Counted from the first letter of the stretch, positions 39,500-49,011 are shown. The stretch is DNA of 64,000 nt from Bdellovibrionota bacterium FG-1 (GCA_051382295.1 JBBCAW010000010.1:1-64000); one strand, 5' to 3'. The notes: generated by a model from the letters alone, not told the origin. Numbers and translations are program-made.

Positions 39500-39959
39500 A
39501 TCTGATCCTTTGTAGCTTCAAATATTTTGTCAAAGTGGGATGAGATCCCAGCCAAGAGTTGAAATAAAGTTTCTTTCTTTCGAGCGCTGAGGGACTCGCA
39601 GAGTTCTGCGGAAAGCCCCTGAAAAACTTCCAGGAGGCTCTGAGCAGCTCTCATTCCCTCGGGCGTAAGCGCCACCAGCCACTTTCGGCGGTCTTCGGGG
39701 TGATCAGTACGCTTGATCCAGTTTTTTTTGATGAGGGTCTGGATCACTTTTCCGGTCGACGCCGGATCTGTTTGAGTCAGCTGCGAAAGTTCGGTGGGGC
39801 TAGCCGTCTTCAAGCCGCGAAGTTCGCGCAAGAGGAGGCTTGCTTGGGCCCGATGCCCATGGGCCGGAGGAGCTGCGTGGCTCGCAAGTTCAGCTGTCGG
39901 CGGACTTTACCGAAAACCATGAGCACCGCGAGGTCCCTCGAGTTAGTTGACATGTCCAT
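39496..39959 (-). pseudogene. MarR-family regulator with a 1-nt frameshift near 39836
   Basis: 5' frame MDMSTN...MGIGPKQA shifts to LLRELRG...SPTELSQ...DRRKWLVALTPEG; ATG at 39959 is 128 nt from the downstream ORF start at 39831. Confidence 0.85.
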
Positions 39960-39982
39960 ATTAGATATATCAAGTAACTGAG

Positions 39983-40023
39983 TTTGACGCAGATCTCAAC
40001 CAAAAGGTAGGGACTACTTTTTA
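39983..40023 (+). repeat. 41-bp perfect direct repeat, copy 2
   Basis: Identical to 35718..35758; includes the kinase stop codon. Confidence 0.95.
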
Positions 40024-42165
40024 AAACGGCGGATCTTTGCCTAATATTCCCGCTAGAAACTTATACTGCCGATACTGATCCGGCTCGTAACCAGTTGCAA
40101 GGTACACGCGAGCAAACCCCATTTTGTGGATTCTTGCAGCCACTTCCTCACCCTTAATCCCCTGGCCAAGATTAGCATCAACATAAACGGGTGTAGACTG
40201 GTGAAAGGTCTCTGCAGCAGCAAAGAACTGATCGGCGGTTGAGAAGCTCTTGAGCCTTTTCTGGGCGCTTTTAGCGCAGCTCCTCCAGGTCATGTGAACA
40301 AGCTCATCGTCATCAATCAGGATGGCATCAAGTAGCTCTAATGGTGCCGCAAACTTCACCGGCACAAACCCCGCGATGCCCTTGGGGATCAGTCTGACTT
40401 TCAACCTCTGACACCCTTCAGTAATCTGCTTTTCCTCAAACCTACTAGTCACCAGAATACTTTGCGGCCCCAGCTTAAGCTCCTCTATCAGGCTCAGGCC
40501 CGTCTCACGAAAGCCCAGGAGTTCGTAGTCAGCCAGATAGAGCGCATAGAGGGCGTCGGCTGCGTTCTCATTGATCCAAGTGCGAAGCTGATCCGGGGTT
40601 GACACATGCACCACTGTGATCTGCTTTTCTGAAACTCTGAGCGAATCAAACCGGCCCTGCCAGATCCCATGAATGGATGAGTCGTCATCAAGCACGACAA
40701 CCGATGCCCCGGGGCTGAGCTTCAGCTCCGACACAAACCAATCTGGTGCCGGTGTCCGAGGTAATGTCACCACGACAGTAGTGCCCTTGCCAACTTGAGA
40801 TTCAATCTTGAGCTTGCCACCCCAAGACTCAACGGAGGTGCGGGCGTGGAAAAGGCCAAGGCCCGAGCCACCTTCTTTGCCGTGAGTCTCACCACGTTGC
40901 CCGAGCTTGGCCAGAACCTCTGGTGGGATACCCTTGCCATTGTCGCGCACCGTGATCTCAATGTCATTGCCCCGGCTTTGCAAAGTGAGCGCAACAGATC
41001 CACGCTCGCCCAAGACTTCTACGGCGTTATTAACCAGATTAGACAGTACGCGCTTAAACTCCGTGGGCTGGATCTTGGCAAAAAGTCCGTAGGACGCTTC
41101 ATCAATCCGGCCATCGATCTCAACGCCTATTTTTGAGCGGAACTGCATGCGCTTTTCTGAGATCAATGGGTCAATGAGGCTAGAGAGAAGTTGGGTGGTG
41201 GTTGGCTCGGTGGCCGAAGGTGCTGCAGTTGCGCCTTGAGTCGGCTTCGTAGTTCTCAACTCACGGTTCTTGTCGATCAAGTTGTTGGCAATGTCCTTGA
41301 TACGATTCACGGCGGTGCGAACAAGGATTCGGTCGTCCTCTGGAAGTGCGTTGGCGCTGCTGATCACGTTGTCCAGGGCCGCGAGAGGGGAGCGGATGTC
41401 GTGGGCGACTTGATGCGCCACTGCACTTATAGCTGCAACTTGTCTGGACTCCGTGAGGTATTTCTTGGTGGTATCATAGTCGTTGAGAATCTTGTTTACG
41501 TCCTGTATCAACTCCCTCCATGCAGGCGGGTCAGATGGCTTCGCAGTAAACTCGGGGATTTCTTCCCCCGAAGCAAAGACTGAAATTTGCATTTTGAATG
41601 CTCTAAATGCCCGCTCCAACTTTTGGCTCATCACGGTAATTAATGCTGTAAGGCATCCCAAGATTAATAAAGAAACAGCCACAAATATGGCAATATTCTG
41701 TCTAATCGGTTTCTCACTCTCACCTTTATTGATCCCGAGCACAACCGTCCCAAAGGCCCCTTTCGGTGAAGCTTGGTCAGCCAAAACGGGGAAACGCGTC
41801 TCAATAACGACGCTTCTTCCAATTTGTCGGTCAAATTGAGCCGATTCCATCGGAGCCTGCCACTCTACTGGGAGATCAACGCCCATAAGCTCAACACGCG
41901 GGTATGAAAAAATCACACGAGACTTGGGATTGATGATCAAGACATAGTCTGGTCTGACCTTCTCCGAAAGCCTGCCCATGGCCTTATGAAGATCGAGCGT
42001 ATTACCTTGGGCCATAAATGGGTACACAAATTCGGAAATCAGCTGTGTTTTAAGTTGCAGATCTTTTCGTTCGTAATTTCTGAGTATCTGATACTGATAA
42101 AGGGCAATGACGCCGATTAGCGATAAAAGAAGAGCGAAAATGATACGATGAATTTTAGCAAACAT
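40021..42165 (-). CDS. Membrane sensor histidine kinase with two C-terminal receiver-like domains
   Basis: TM-periplasmic-TM; AHDIRSPL; NLVNNAVE, DNGKGI, GSGLGL; VLDDD and LIDDD receiver starts. Confidence 0.92.
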   Translation of the reverse strand: MFAKIHRIIFALLLSLIGVIALYQYQILRNYERKDLQLKTQLISEFVYPFMAQGNTLDLHKAMGRLSEKVRPDYVLIINPKSRVIFSYPRVELMGVDLPVEWQAPMESAQFDRQIGRSVVIETRFPVLADQASPKGAFGTVVLGINKGESEKPIRQNIAIFVAVSLLILGCLTALITVMSQKLERAFRAFKMQISVFASGEEIPEFTAKPSDPPAWRELIQDVNKILNDYDTTKKYLTESRQVAAISAVAHQVAHDIRSPLAALDNVISSANALPEDDRILVRTAVNRIKDIANNLIDKNRELRTTKPTQGATAAPSATEPTTTQLLSSLIDPLISEKRMQFRSKIGVEIDGRIDEASYGLFAKIQPTEFKRVLSNLVNNAVEVLGERGSVALTLQSRGNDIEITVRDNGKGIPPEVLAKLGQRGETHGKEGGSGLGLFHARTSVESWGGKLKIESQVGKGTTVVVTLPRTPAPDWFVSELKLSPGASVVVLDDDSSIHGIWQGRFDSLRVSEKQITVVHVSTPDQLRTWINENAADALYALYLADYELLGFRETGLSLIEELKLGPQSILVTSRFEEKQITEGCQRLKVRLIPKGIAGFVPVKFAAPLELLDAILIDDDELVHMTWRSCAKSAQKRLKSFSTADQFFAAAETFHQSTPVYVDANLGQGIKGEEVAARIHKMGFARVYLATGYEPDQYRQYKFLAGILGKDPPF

Positions 42166-42168
42166 CGA

Positions 42169-43755
42169 TTACCGTCCTCCACTTTCAGTGCAATTTTTTT
42201 GGTTATCATCTGTTCTCATCGTGAAAAAATAACGATCAGACCAGCCATCGCGATTAAGTTTTAACGAACTTCTTAACCATTCAATATTGTCATGCTGCTT
42301 GATGAATATGGCGGGCGGATCTTTTTTGACCAACTCCTCAATTTTTACCATGGTGGCGGCACGCGCATCGTAAGAGGCAGCACTAGCAAGTTGCCCCGCG
42401 AGGCCATCGTAAGCTGGGTTTGCGTAGCCACTAGCCACGACGCTTCCTTTGCTACCAAAAAGCGCGGAATAGAACGTCGGATCTGAAAAAGTACCCGTAA
42501 ACTCAACAAAAAGCAGGTCGTAATCGCCGGACTCCCTGACAGCATGATAAGCGGTATCATCCACTTTTATCAAATCGACGGAAAGATTCTTGATCCTCGT
42601 GAAAAGACTAAGCAGCTTTTCTGTATAATGGTGCCGATTACTGACCAATAGCTTAAGCCGGGCAGGACTTTGCAATTGGCATGTCTTTTCTGGCGGAGGT
42701 AAACTTTTTTGAACTCTGGTTTCCTTTCCTTGTTGGGCAGGGAAGATCCCATCTAGGGCGGTGGCTGTTGTGTGGTGATCTCGCTGGTCTTTAAGATATT
42801 CGTCTCGGTAAATACAGGAACTGATTGCCCTGCGCAGACCTGAACTTATTTTGGTGCCAAAACTGATAAACCATATGTTAGCTCCCGCGTAGCGGGTCAA
42901 ATTATAGCCTGGCGAATCACAAATTGCGGAATCAAGGGGTCCGGCATCAATAAAATCAAACGCTCCCGACTTTAAAGCAGAGCAACAGTCCTCCCCACCG
43001 TACTTGTACTGGATGGTTGTCAGATTCAAGAAATCAGGAAAGTGGGGATTTCTCTCTAGAGTGACGGAAGTCTCTGCAAAAGACGACACAACAAAAGGAC
43101 CGGAGGAAATTATTTCACTCTCCTTTAGAGGTCGTACTGGGGTCTCCGAAGGAAGAATTGATGCGGGCCCCATTGTCAGCATACTCAGAAAGTTTGCCCT
43201 GGGCTGTTTTAACGTAAAGCGAACTTTTCCTGGCTCTGGAGAGGTTAGCCCCACGAGCGATGATATTTTACCCCTTCGATAGTCTGAGGTCCCAATGATG
43301 CTATCCCCGAATAAGTAGTTGGCAACCTTGGAACCCAGCTTGGGCGAGAAAAGGCGATTGAAGGTGGCGATAACGTCGAAAGCGGTAATGGGGTTTCCAT
43401 TACTGAAACGATAATGGCCGTCTATTTCAAAAGTATACTCCAAGCCATCCTTCGAAATCTCCCATCGTTTTGCAAGGTAGGGGCGTATATTTTCATACTC
43501 GTCCAGCGCAACAAGCTGCCCGAAGGCAGTCAGAGCCAACTGGTTGTCCATATAGGCAATAATCTTGGCCGGGTCAAGCGAACTGGCCTTGGTCCGCATT
43601 AAGGCGGTAATTTGAGGCGGAAGGCAGCGATGCCCCTCGGGATTTCTTGGGTCAAAAACAGTCTGTGTGTCTTTGGATACTCGCCCCTGATCGCAGCCTT
43701 GTGCAAGAAGGATACAAAGTAAAAACGCTAGAGAACTGCTGAATCCTAGCTTCAT
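42169..43755 (-). CDS. Family 5 (OppA/DppA-like) solute-binding lipoprotein
   Basis: Lipobox LAQGC; LDPA, PYLAKRWEISKDGLEYTF, FSNGNPITAFDV, SGPFV, LERNPHF. Confidence 0.9.
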   Translation of the reverse strand: MKLGFSSSLAFLLCILLAQGCDQGRVSKDTQTVFDPRNPEGHRCLPPQITALMRTKASSLDPAKIIAYMDNQLALTAFGQLVALDEYENIRPYLAKRWEISKDGLEYTFEIDGHYRFSNGNPITAFDVIATFNRLFSPKLGSKVANYLFGDSIIGTSDYRRGKISSLVGLTSPEPGKVRFTLKQPRANFLSMLTMGPASILPSETPVRPLKESEIISSGPFVVSSFAETSVTLERNPHFPDFLNLTTIQYKYGGEDCCSALKSGAFDFIDAGPLDSAICDSPGYNLTRYAGANIWFISFGTKISSGLRRAISSCIYRDEYLKDQRDHHTTATALDGIFPAQQGKETRVQKSLPPPEKTCQLQSPARLKLLVSNRHHYTEKLLSLFTRIKNLSVDLIKVDDTAYHAVRESGDYDLLFVEFTGTFSDPTFYSALFGSKGSVVASGYANPAYDGLAGQLASAASYDARAATMVKIEELVKKDPPAIFIKQHDNIEWLRSSLKLNRDGWSDRYFFTMRTDDNQKNCTESGGR

Positions 43756-44771
43756 TTTTTTACATCCTGTAAAAGACGACTGACATTTCCGAATAGAATT
43801 TTATCAATCCTGGTCTTGCTATAACCGCGATTCTCCATATGAGTACTTAATGCGCCCATGCGGTCAATACTTTCCAAGCCTAAGCATGAATAGGGCATGC
43901 CATCGAAATCGGAACCGATCCCAGCAAAATCCTCGCCAAACTGATTAACGATATAATCAATGTGAGAGAAAACCGCCTCCACCCCGGGGAGCTTGAGAGG
44001 CCGTGGGTATTCAAATAGGAGAGCCTGAGTTTTGATTCGCAGTTCGGCGTCTGGATCGTCTCCAGTGCCTTTCGTTTTCGCAGCCAGGCCTTCCCAGAAG
44101 CGCTCCGGCTCGCCAGCTTCATACTTAAGATCCGGACAGAGGTGGGCAGGAAAAAAGGAAATACCAATAACTCCGCCAATGTTACATATCTTTGCAATCG
44201 CTTCAGCTGAGATACACCGACTGGACCCCGGGTTTTTTGCCCGTACCCCGCCGTGACTATACAGAAATGGCTTTTTGGCAACTCGGGCGACGTCCAGCAT
44301 CGTCTTTAACGACGCGTGAGCAACATCAACGAGAATGTCGTGATTTTCCAATAATCCAATTACCTGCTCGCCGAATTTATTCAGCCCCTTGCCTTCTTCT
44401 TGCTCGCTCCCAGCCCATGAAGGTCCAGAGAAGTGAGCTAACGTGAGCATTCGTACGCCCACTTGGCTAAGGCGGGCAACTTGCGTGAGATCATCATTCA
44501 GACAAAATCCACCCTCAACGGAAATGTAGGCATCACAATTGATGGTGGCCAGAGGACGTGTCATCACCTTGATCTCAGCGATTGATTTGTGGACATGGGA
44601 GATCGCAGCGCTTCCCCGAAAGGCCGGATTTGACCAAATGGAAAAGAACAGAGCCTTGATGGTGGATCGTGATAATTTTTTAACGTCAATCTGGAGACCG
44701 TCCGAGCCACCCGCGAAAGAGAGACCGCACTGGGAGGCCTTCAAAAAGGTGTCATTATGAAGATCGATCAT
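43752..44771 (-). CDS. Membrane dipeptidase (peptidase M19) family
   Basis: IDLHND, SVEG, GVRMLTLAH, LVDVAH, SHGG, GIGSDFDG; start MIDLH after GGAGG. Confidence 0.9.
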   Translation of the reverse strand: MIDLHNDTFLKASQCGLSFAGGSDGLQIDVKKLSRSTIKALFFSIWSNPAFRGSAAISHVHKSIAEIKVMTRPLATINCDAYISVEGGFCLNDDLTQVARLSQVGVRMLTLAHFSGPSWAGSEQEEGKGLNKFGEQVIGLLENHDILVDVAHASLKTMLDVARVAKKPFLYSHGGVRAKNPGSSRCISAEAIAKICNIGGVIGISFFPAHLCPDLKYEAGEPERFWEGLAAKTKGTGDDPDAELRIKTQALLFEYPRPLKLPGVEAVFSHIDYIVNQFGEDFAGIGSDFDGMPYSCLGLESIDRMGALSTHMENRGYSKTRIDKILFGNVSRLLQDVKK

Positions 44772-46458
44772 CGTGCGCCTCCCACATGGGCTTAATCTCC
44801 GCTTTAAGCGCCTTTTCAAGCTTTGAAAAACTGGACGGACTTGGGCTATCAATTGTTGTTAACTGTTTTTCTCCCGATGCCCGGTGGATGATAAGCCAAT
44901 CCGTCATTTTATCGCTGAATTCGACTTCCTCTGAATTGAGAATCCTCAAAAAATTCAGCGGCAACTTCAGATGGCGAAAATTGCCGATCGGACACTCTCG
45001 GCGAGCTCGCTCATACGCCAGGATCGAGTTGTGCAAATCTGTTTTTCCTTCGTGGTAGGGGTCAAAGGCAAGGCATTGGTCGATTATATTATCCGTTTTG
45101 TCCTTACGCCAAACCTCAAAGCTCTTTGGAAAATGATAAAGGACGTTATTGATCCTTTCGGCAAGTGATCCGAGAGAACCCCCATACGCATGAGGAACGT
45201 TGTAAAATCCCCGACAGAGCATGGGCTGGTTCTTTATGATCTCTTGAATTTCCAGGTTGAAGTCCTCATCCCCCGGTTTACTATAGGCCATGTCGGATAC
45301 ATCTTGTGGAAGATATGTTAGGGACAATTCAGCACACGATGAGAATGGCAGCGGCGAGAACTTGTGAATATGGGACGTCACACCACGAATCTGAGCACAT
45401 TCGAGGGCGAATTCAAGTGTGTCCGAGATTTCTGAGAATTCTTCCTCGGGCAGGCCGACGATAAAGGACAACGTGGGGATAATGCCTGCATCGGTAATCG
45501 CATGCACGCGGGTCTTGATCTCTTCTAGGGGCAGCCTTTGATTCTTCAGACCAATCCTCTGGGGCGATACAGTTTCAATTCCAACTAAGACCGATTGACA
45601 GCCTGCAGCTTTCATTCGTGATAGCATTTCCGGTTTTATAGTTTCTAACCGCGTCCGGCAATTCCATGTAATTTTTTTCCCCAGAGGCTTAAGACGGTCG
45701 AGAAGGTCCAAGACATAGGTTTTTGGTTGTAAAAAATTGTCGTGAGTAAATTCGAATCGGATGATTCCGTAATTTCGATGCAGGTGCATTATGTGTTCGA
45801 TTGTTGCTTCAGCGCTCTTGGTAATTACAGTGCGACCCCAAAACTGGGTTTCAGAGCAGAAGCTGCACTTTCCACTGCAACCTCTCGCATTGTCAATGTA
45901 GCCTACGGGTGGGTAGTGCCGCAGATCCGAAGTCGGAATCAACGTGTAATCAGGAAACGGCTGCTGTGGGAACTCGGATACGGTCGGTACTCGAGATATG
46001 CCAAGCGTTTGAACACAATACTCCAAGAAATGCCTCTCATTGGCGGCTGGGAAAATTTCATCAAAAAGCGATCCAAAGTGGGAAGCATTTTTCCCAAACT
46101 CCGCTACCGATAATGCCTGAGGCCCGCCCATAACTATTTTGGATTTAGTTTTTGACCGGAGACGGCTGATAATGGCCAGCGCCATTGGAGTCGATGCGCA
46201 CTGACAGCTAAATCCGATAATCTTTGGCTTCAATGATATGATTTTATCAGCGCAACGATCAAAAACGCCTCGACTCAGCGATTCGCGGCCCTGATACACC
46301 TCCAAGGAAAGGTCCAAAACTCTGCAGGATATCCCCACGGATTTAAGGAGCGTTCCCAGAGTAAGGGCACCCAAGGGGATACCAGTTCCAAAATTTGACT
46401 GAAATGGAGGGATTACGCAAACTACATCGGCAGTGGAACAAAAACCGGCTTTGAACAT
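44755..46458 (-). CDS. B12-binding radical SAM enzyme
   Basis: N-terminal cobalamin-binding domain (IIGFS, IVMGGP); RGCSGKCSFC; GIET; FIVGLPEE. Confidence 0.92.
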   Translation of the reverse strand: MFKAGFCSTADVVCVIPPFQSNFGTGIPLGALTLGTLLKSVGISCRVLDLSLEVYQGRESLSRGVFDRCADKIISLKPKIIGFSCQCASTPMALAIISRLRSKTKSKIVMGGPQALSVAEFGKNASHFGSLFDEIFPAANERHFLEYCVQTLGISRVPTVSEFPQQPFPDYTLIPTSDLRHYPPVGYIDNARGCSGKCSFCSETQFWGRTVITKSAEATIEHIMHLHRNYGIIRFEFTHDNFLQPKTYVLDLLDRLKPLGKKITWNCRTRLETIKPEMLSRMKAAGCQSVLVGIETVSPQRIGLKNQRLPLEEIKTRVHAITDAGIIPTLSFIVGLPEEEFSEISDTLEFALECAQIRGVTSHIHKFSPLPFSSCAELSLTYLPQDVSDMAYSKPGDEDFNLEIQEIIKNQPMLCRGFYNVPHAYGGSLGSLAERINNVLYHFPKSFEVWRKDKTDNIIDQCLAFDPYHEGKTDLHNSILAYERARRECPIGNFRHLKLPLNFLRILNSEEVEFSDKMTDWLIIHRASGEKQLTTIDSPSPSSFSKLEKALKAEIKPMWEAHDDRSS

Positions 46459-46505
46459 GGCAACCCTTAGCTATTACTATCTGCGTTTGCAGACGTCACA
46501 GAACC

Positions 46506-46529
46506 GATGGTCAAAACCGATTTGACATC
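46506..46529 (-). terminator. Stem-loop immediately 3' of the precursor peptide
   Basis: GATG(G)TCAAA-ACCGA-TTTGACATC overlapping the peptide stop codon. Confidence 0.5.
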
Positions 46530-46650
46530 AGAATGGGGCTATCGGCGTCTTTTGGATAGTTTCAAGCTCTCCAGCTCCAAGGTCTAGGAGAATCTCAACG
46601 ACCGAGACGATTTTTATTTCTTCTTTTTCCGCAAGTTGGACTTCTTTCAT
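46528..46650 (-). CDS. 40-aa putative RiPP precursor peptide
   Basis: MKEVQLAEKEEIKIVSVVEILLDLGAGELETIQKTPIAPF*; AGGAG RBS 10 nt upstream; 69 nt before the rSAM start; below the ORF-track size cutoff. Confidence 0.75.
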   Translation of the reverse strand: MKEVQLAEKEEIKIVSVVEILLDLGAGELETIQKTPIAPF

Positions 46651-46702
46651 AAGAACTAATCTCCTAATATGGTTTTGAGTCTATAGCATTAATTGATGCG
46701 GT

Positions 46703-48020
46703 GTGGCAATTAATTTCGCCGGAAAATATGCCGCCCGGAGCCTAGCGGTTTTGATGCTATATTCCAGTAAATTAAGGATAATGTTTTATGAAACACGAAG
46801 TTTATGTGGAGTTTTCTTGAGGCATGTGCTGACTACCCGTATAGATGAATGGTCGGCCCAAAAGGCGATTCTCATTGCCACGCTAATCAACTACTCCTTT
46901 AACTTCGTCTACTCCCTCCTGGGCGCGGTACTCCTTCAAGTTACGGTGCTCCCGCCAGACAAGGCAATGCTGGTGCTGGCCGCTGCCTTCGGATTGTCTG
47001 CATTGGCCCAGCCGGCAATCGGCGCCCTGATTGATCGGGAATATATCTTTTTGCCCGTCTTCCTCTCGGTCTTTGGGAATGCCTTTGGTGTGATCTCACT
47101 ATTTGGTCACTCCATCTGGGTTGTAATCTGTGGCGTATCTCTTTTTTTGATCAGCGCGGGGGCGATTCAGACAGTCACTTCGCATCTGGTGGAGGGTTTG
47201 GCCCCGGACGGACAGATTCGTGCGATGGCTTCAAAAAACTACATCATGGGCAATATTGGTTTTGCGATTAGTGCGACGTTGACCTTTTTTTTTGAAGAGC
47301 CATCGTTATCTATTGCTTGGTTTGGACATCGTTTCGACCTTATTTTATTGTACCGTCCTTTGGTGGGCATCCCGGCAGCTCGTACGCAAGGTTCGCAAGC
47401 CCATCAAAAAGTCTAGAGTTATTAGCTCGAACATATTCAATATTGTTCAGTGGCTCAAAATGGTGCCAGCTATTTTTGCGGGGATTGCCCTTTTTCTCGG
47501 GATGGCCGCTCCAATTTCAGCGCTGCCAGTATTGTTTAAAGCCTTGGGCTTAGACCCCATACCTTACACAGCTTTGGTTGTTGCATCGAATGCTGTGGTG
47601 GTGATTTTTTTTGGATTATTTTTGGGCAAATTCAAGCTCCCTTTAGCTGTACGAACGGTAGGAGCAGGGACATTGATCGCACTGGGCCTGGGTGTTCAGC
47701 CTCTTATTACAGGACCAGTTGGGGCCATTCTTGCGACAGCCCTTTGGTCAATTGGGGAGGTTCTGGTCATTGCCGAGATCGCTGCAGCCTTTTTTGAACG
47801 GTCTAATCCCGAATATCTTGGCCTCGCAGCCGGGCTGAAAATCTTTTCCATGCGTTTTGGATATTTTCTTTGCCCCCTCTTTGTTTGGTTTTTCAGGCCG
47901 ACGACTGTCACTCAGTTCATTCTCATTTGGGGGTTGCCTACGTTTTCTGCAGGCTGGGTTTTATATCTAGCACTTAAGCGGCCCCGATCAACCCCGAGCC
48001 CCGAGTTCTCCCGGTCATAA
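46703..48020 (+). pseudogene. MFS transporter frameshifted at a T9 tract (47285-47293)
   Basis: GALIDR motif A in the first half; removing one T joins ...TFF to LKSHRYLLL...; start uncertain. Confidence 0.8.
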
Positions 48021-48169
48021 GCATTTCAGAGCGCGAATTCCCATTCACACGTCTTCAACGAAACTGTCACTTTCCAAGCGAAAGTCCCACTTGCGTCCCC
48101 AAAAACGAAAAAACCCGCCTATTATCGCAGGTTTCTCGTATTAAAAACTTTAACTTTGATCATTAATAA

Positions 48170-48246
48170 TGGCGTACCCGGCTGGAGTCGAACCAGCGAC
48201 CTACGGCTTCGGAGACCGTCACTCTATCCAGCTGAGCTACGGGTAC
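48170..48246 (-). tRNA. tRNA-Arg(CCG)
   Basis: GTACCCG/CGGGTAC acceptor stem, ACGGT-CTCCGAA-GCCGT anticodon arm, GGTTCGACTCC T arm, encoded CCA. Confidence 0.96.
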
Positions 48247-48300
48247 GCAGATGAAGTGAAGTTCTCGACTTAGCACAGTCCTGGCCAATTCGCCAACGTC

Positions 48301-49011
48301 CTAGTCACGTACTCCAAAAATCGCGGTTCCTACGCGCACATACGTTGCCCCTTGGGCAATGGCCTGCTCATAGTCATCCGACATTCCCATCGAAAGCTGC
48401 CCATGGGTCAACGGCCGACACGCCAATTCTAAAGCGCAAAGCCGCGCAAAAGCACTCGAGCCGCCACCCCCACCCACCTCCGGATCTGGAATTGCCATCA
48501 GCCCCTGCACCGAAAGCGTGCGCTCACTCGCAAGCGCCGGCACCAAGACCGGTACCTGCTCCGGAAAAACTCCACTTTTGCTCGACTCAGCGTCGATATT
48601 CACTTCAATAAAAATCGGAAGCGGCGCCGCTTCCACACCCTTAAACTGGCCCCATCGTTTGGCCAACTCGCGCCCCAGCTTTTCAGAATCCACCGAATGC
48701 ACCGCATGCACGTAAGGAACCAGCGTCTTCACCTTGTTCGTCTGCAGATGCCCAATAAAGTGCCAACGAATTCCGGCACACCCCAGCTGCTCGAGCCTTT
48801 GGGCTTTGCCGACCAGTTCTTGCACATAGTTTTCGCCAAAATCACGATGCCCGAGCGCATAAAGAGCCGCAATCGCCTCGACGGGTTGAGTTTTACTGAC
48901 CGCAATCAGCGTAATCTTTTGCGTTCGCTCGGCTCGCCCAACCTGCGCCTGCTCGATTTTTTCGAGCACCTGCCGATAGGCGTCCGCCAGGGATGGATCA
49001 GCGTCTGCCAC
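48301..49011 (-). CDS. yggS: YggS family PLP homeostasis protein
   Basis: LIAVSKT, FGENYVQE, WHFIGHLQTNK, LSMGMSDD, VRVGTAIFG. Confidence 0.96.
   Translation of the reverse strand: MADADPSLADAYRQVLEKIEQAQVGRAERTQKITLIAVSKTQPVEAIAALYALGHRDFGENYVQELVGKAQRLEQLGCAGIRWHFIGHLQTNKVKTLVPYVHAVHSVDSEKLGRELAKRWGQFKGVEAAPLPIFIEVNIDAESSKSGVFPEQVPVLVPALASERTLSVQGLMAIPDPEVGGGGGSSAFARLCALELACRPLTHGQLSMGMSDDYEQAIAQGATYVRVGTAIFGVRD

Noticed and set aside
46459..46700. Cobalamin riboswitch ahead of the B12-radical SAM gene
   Set aside because: No B12-box consensus; the space is explained by the small ORF and its hairpin
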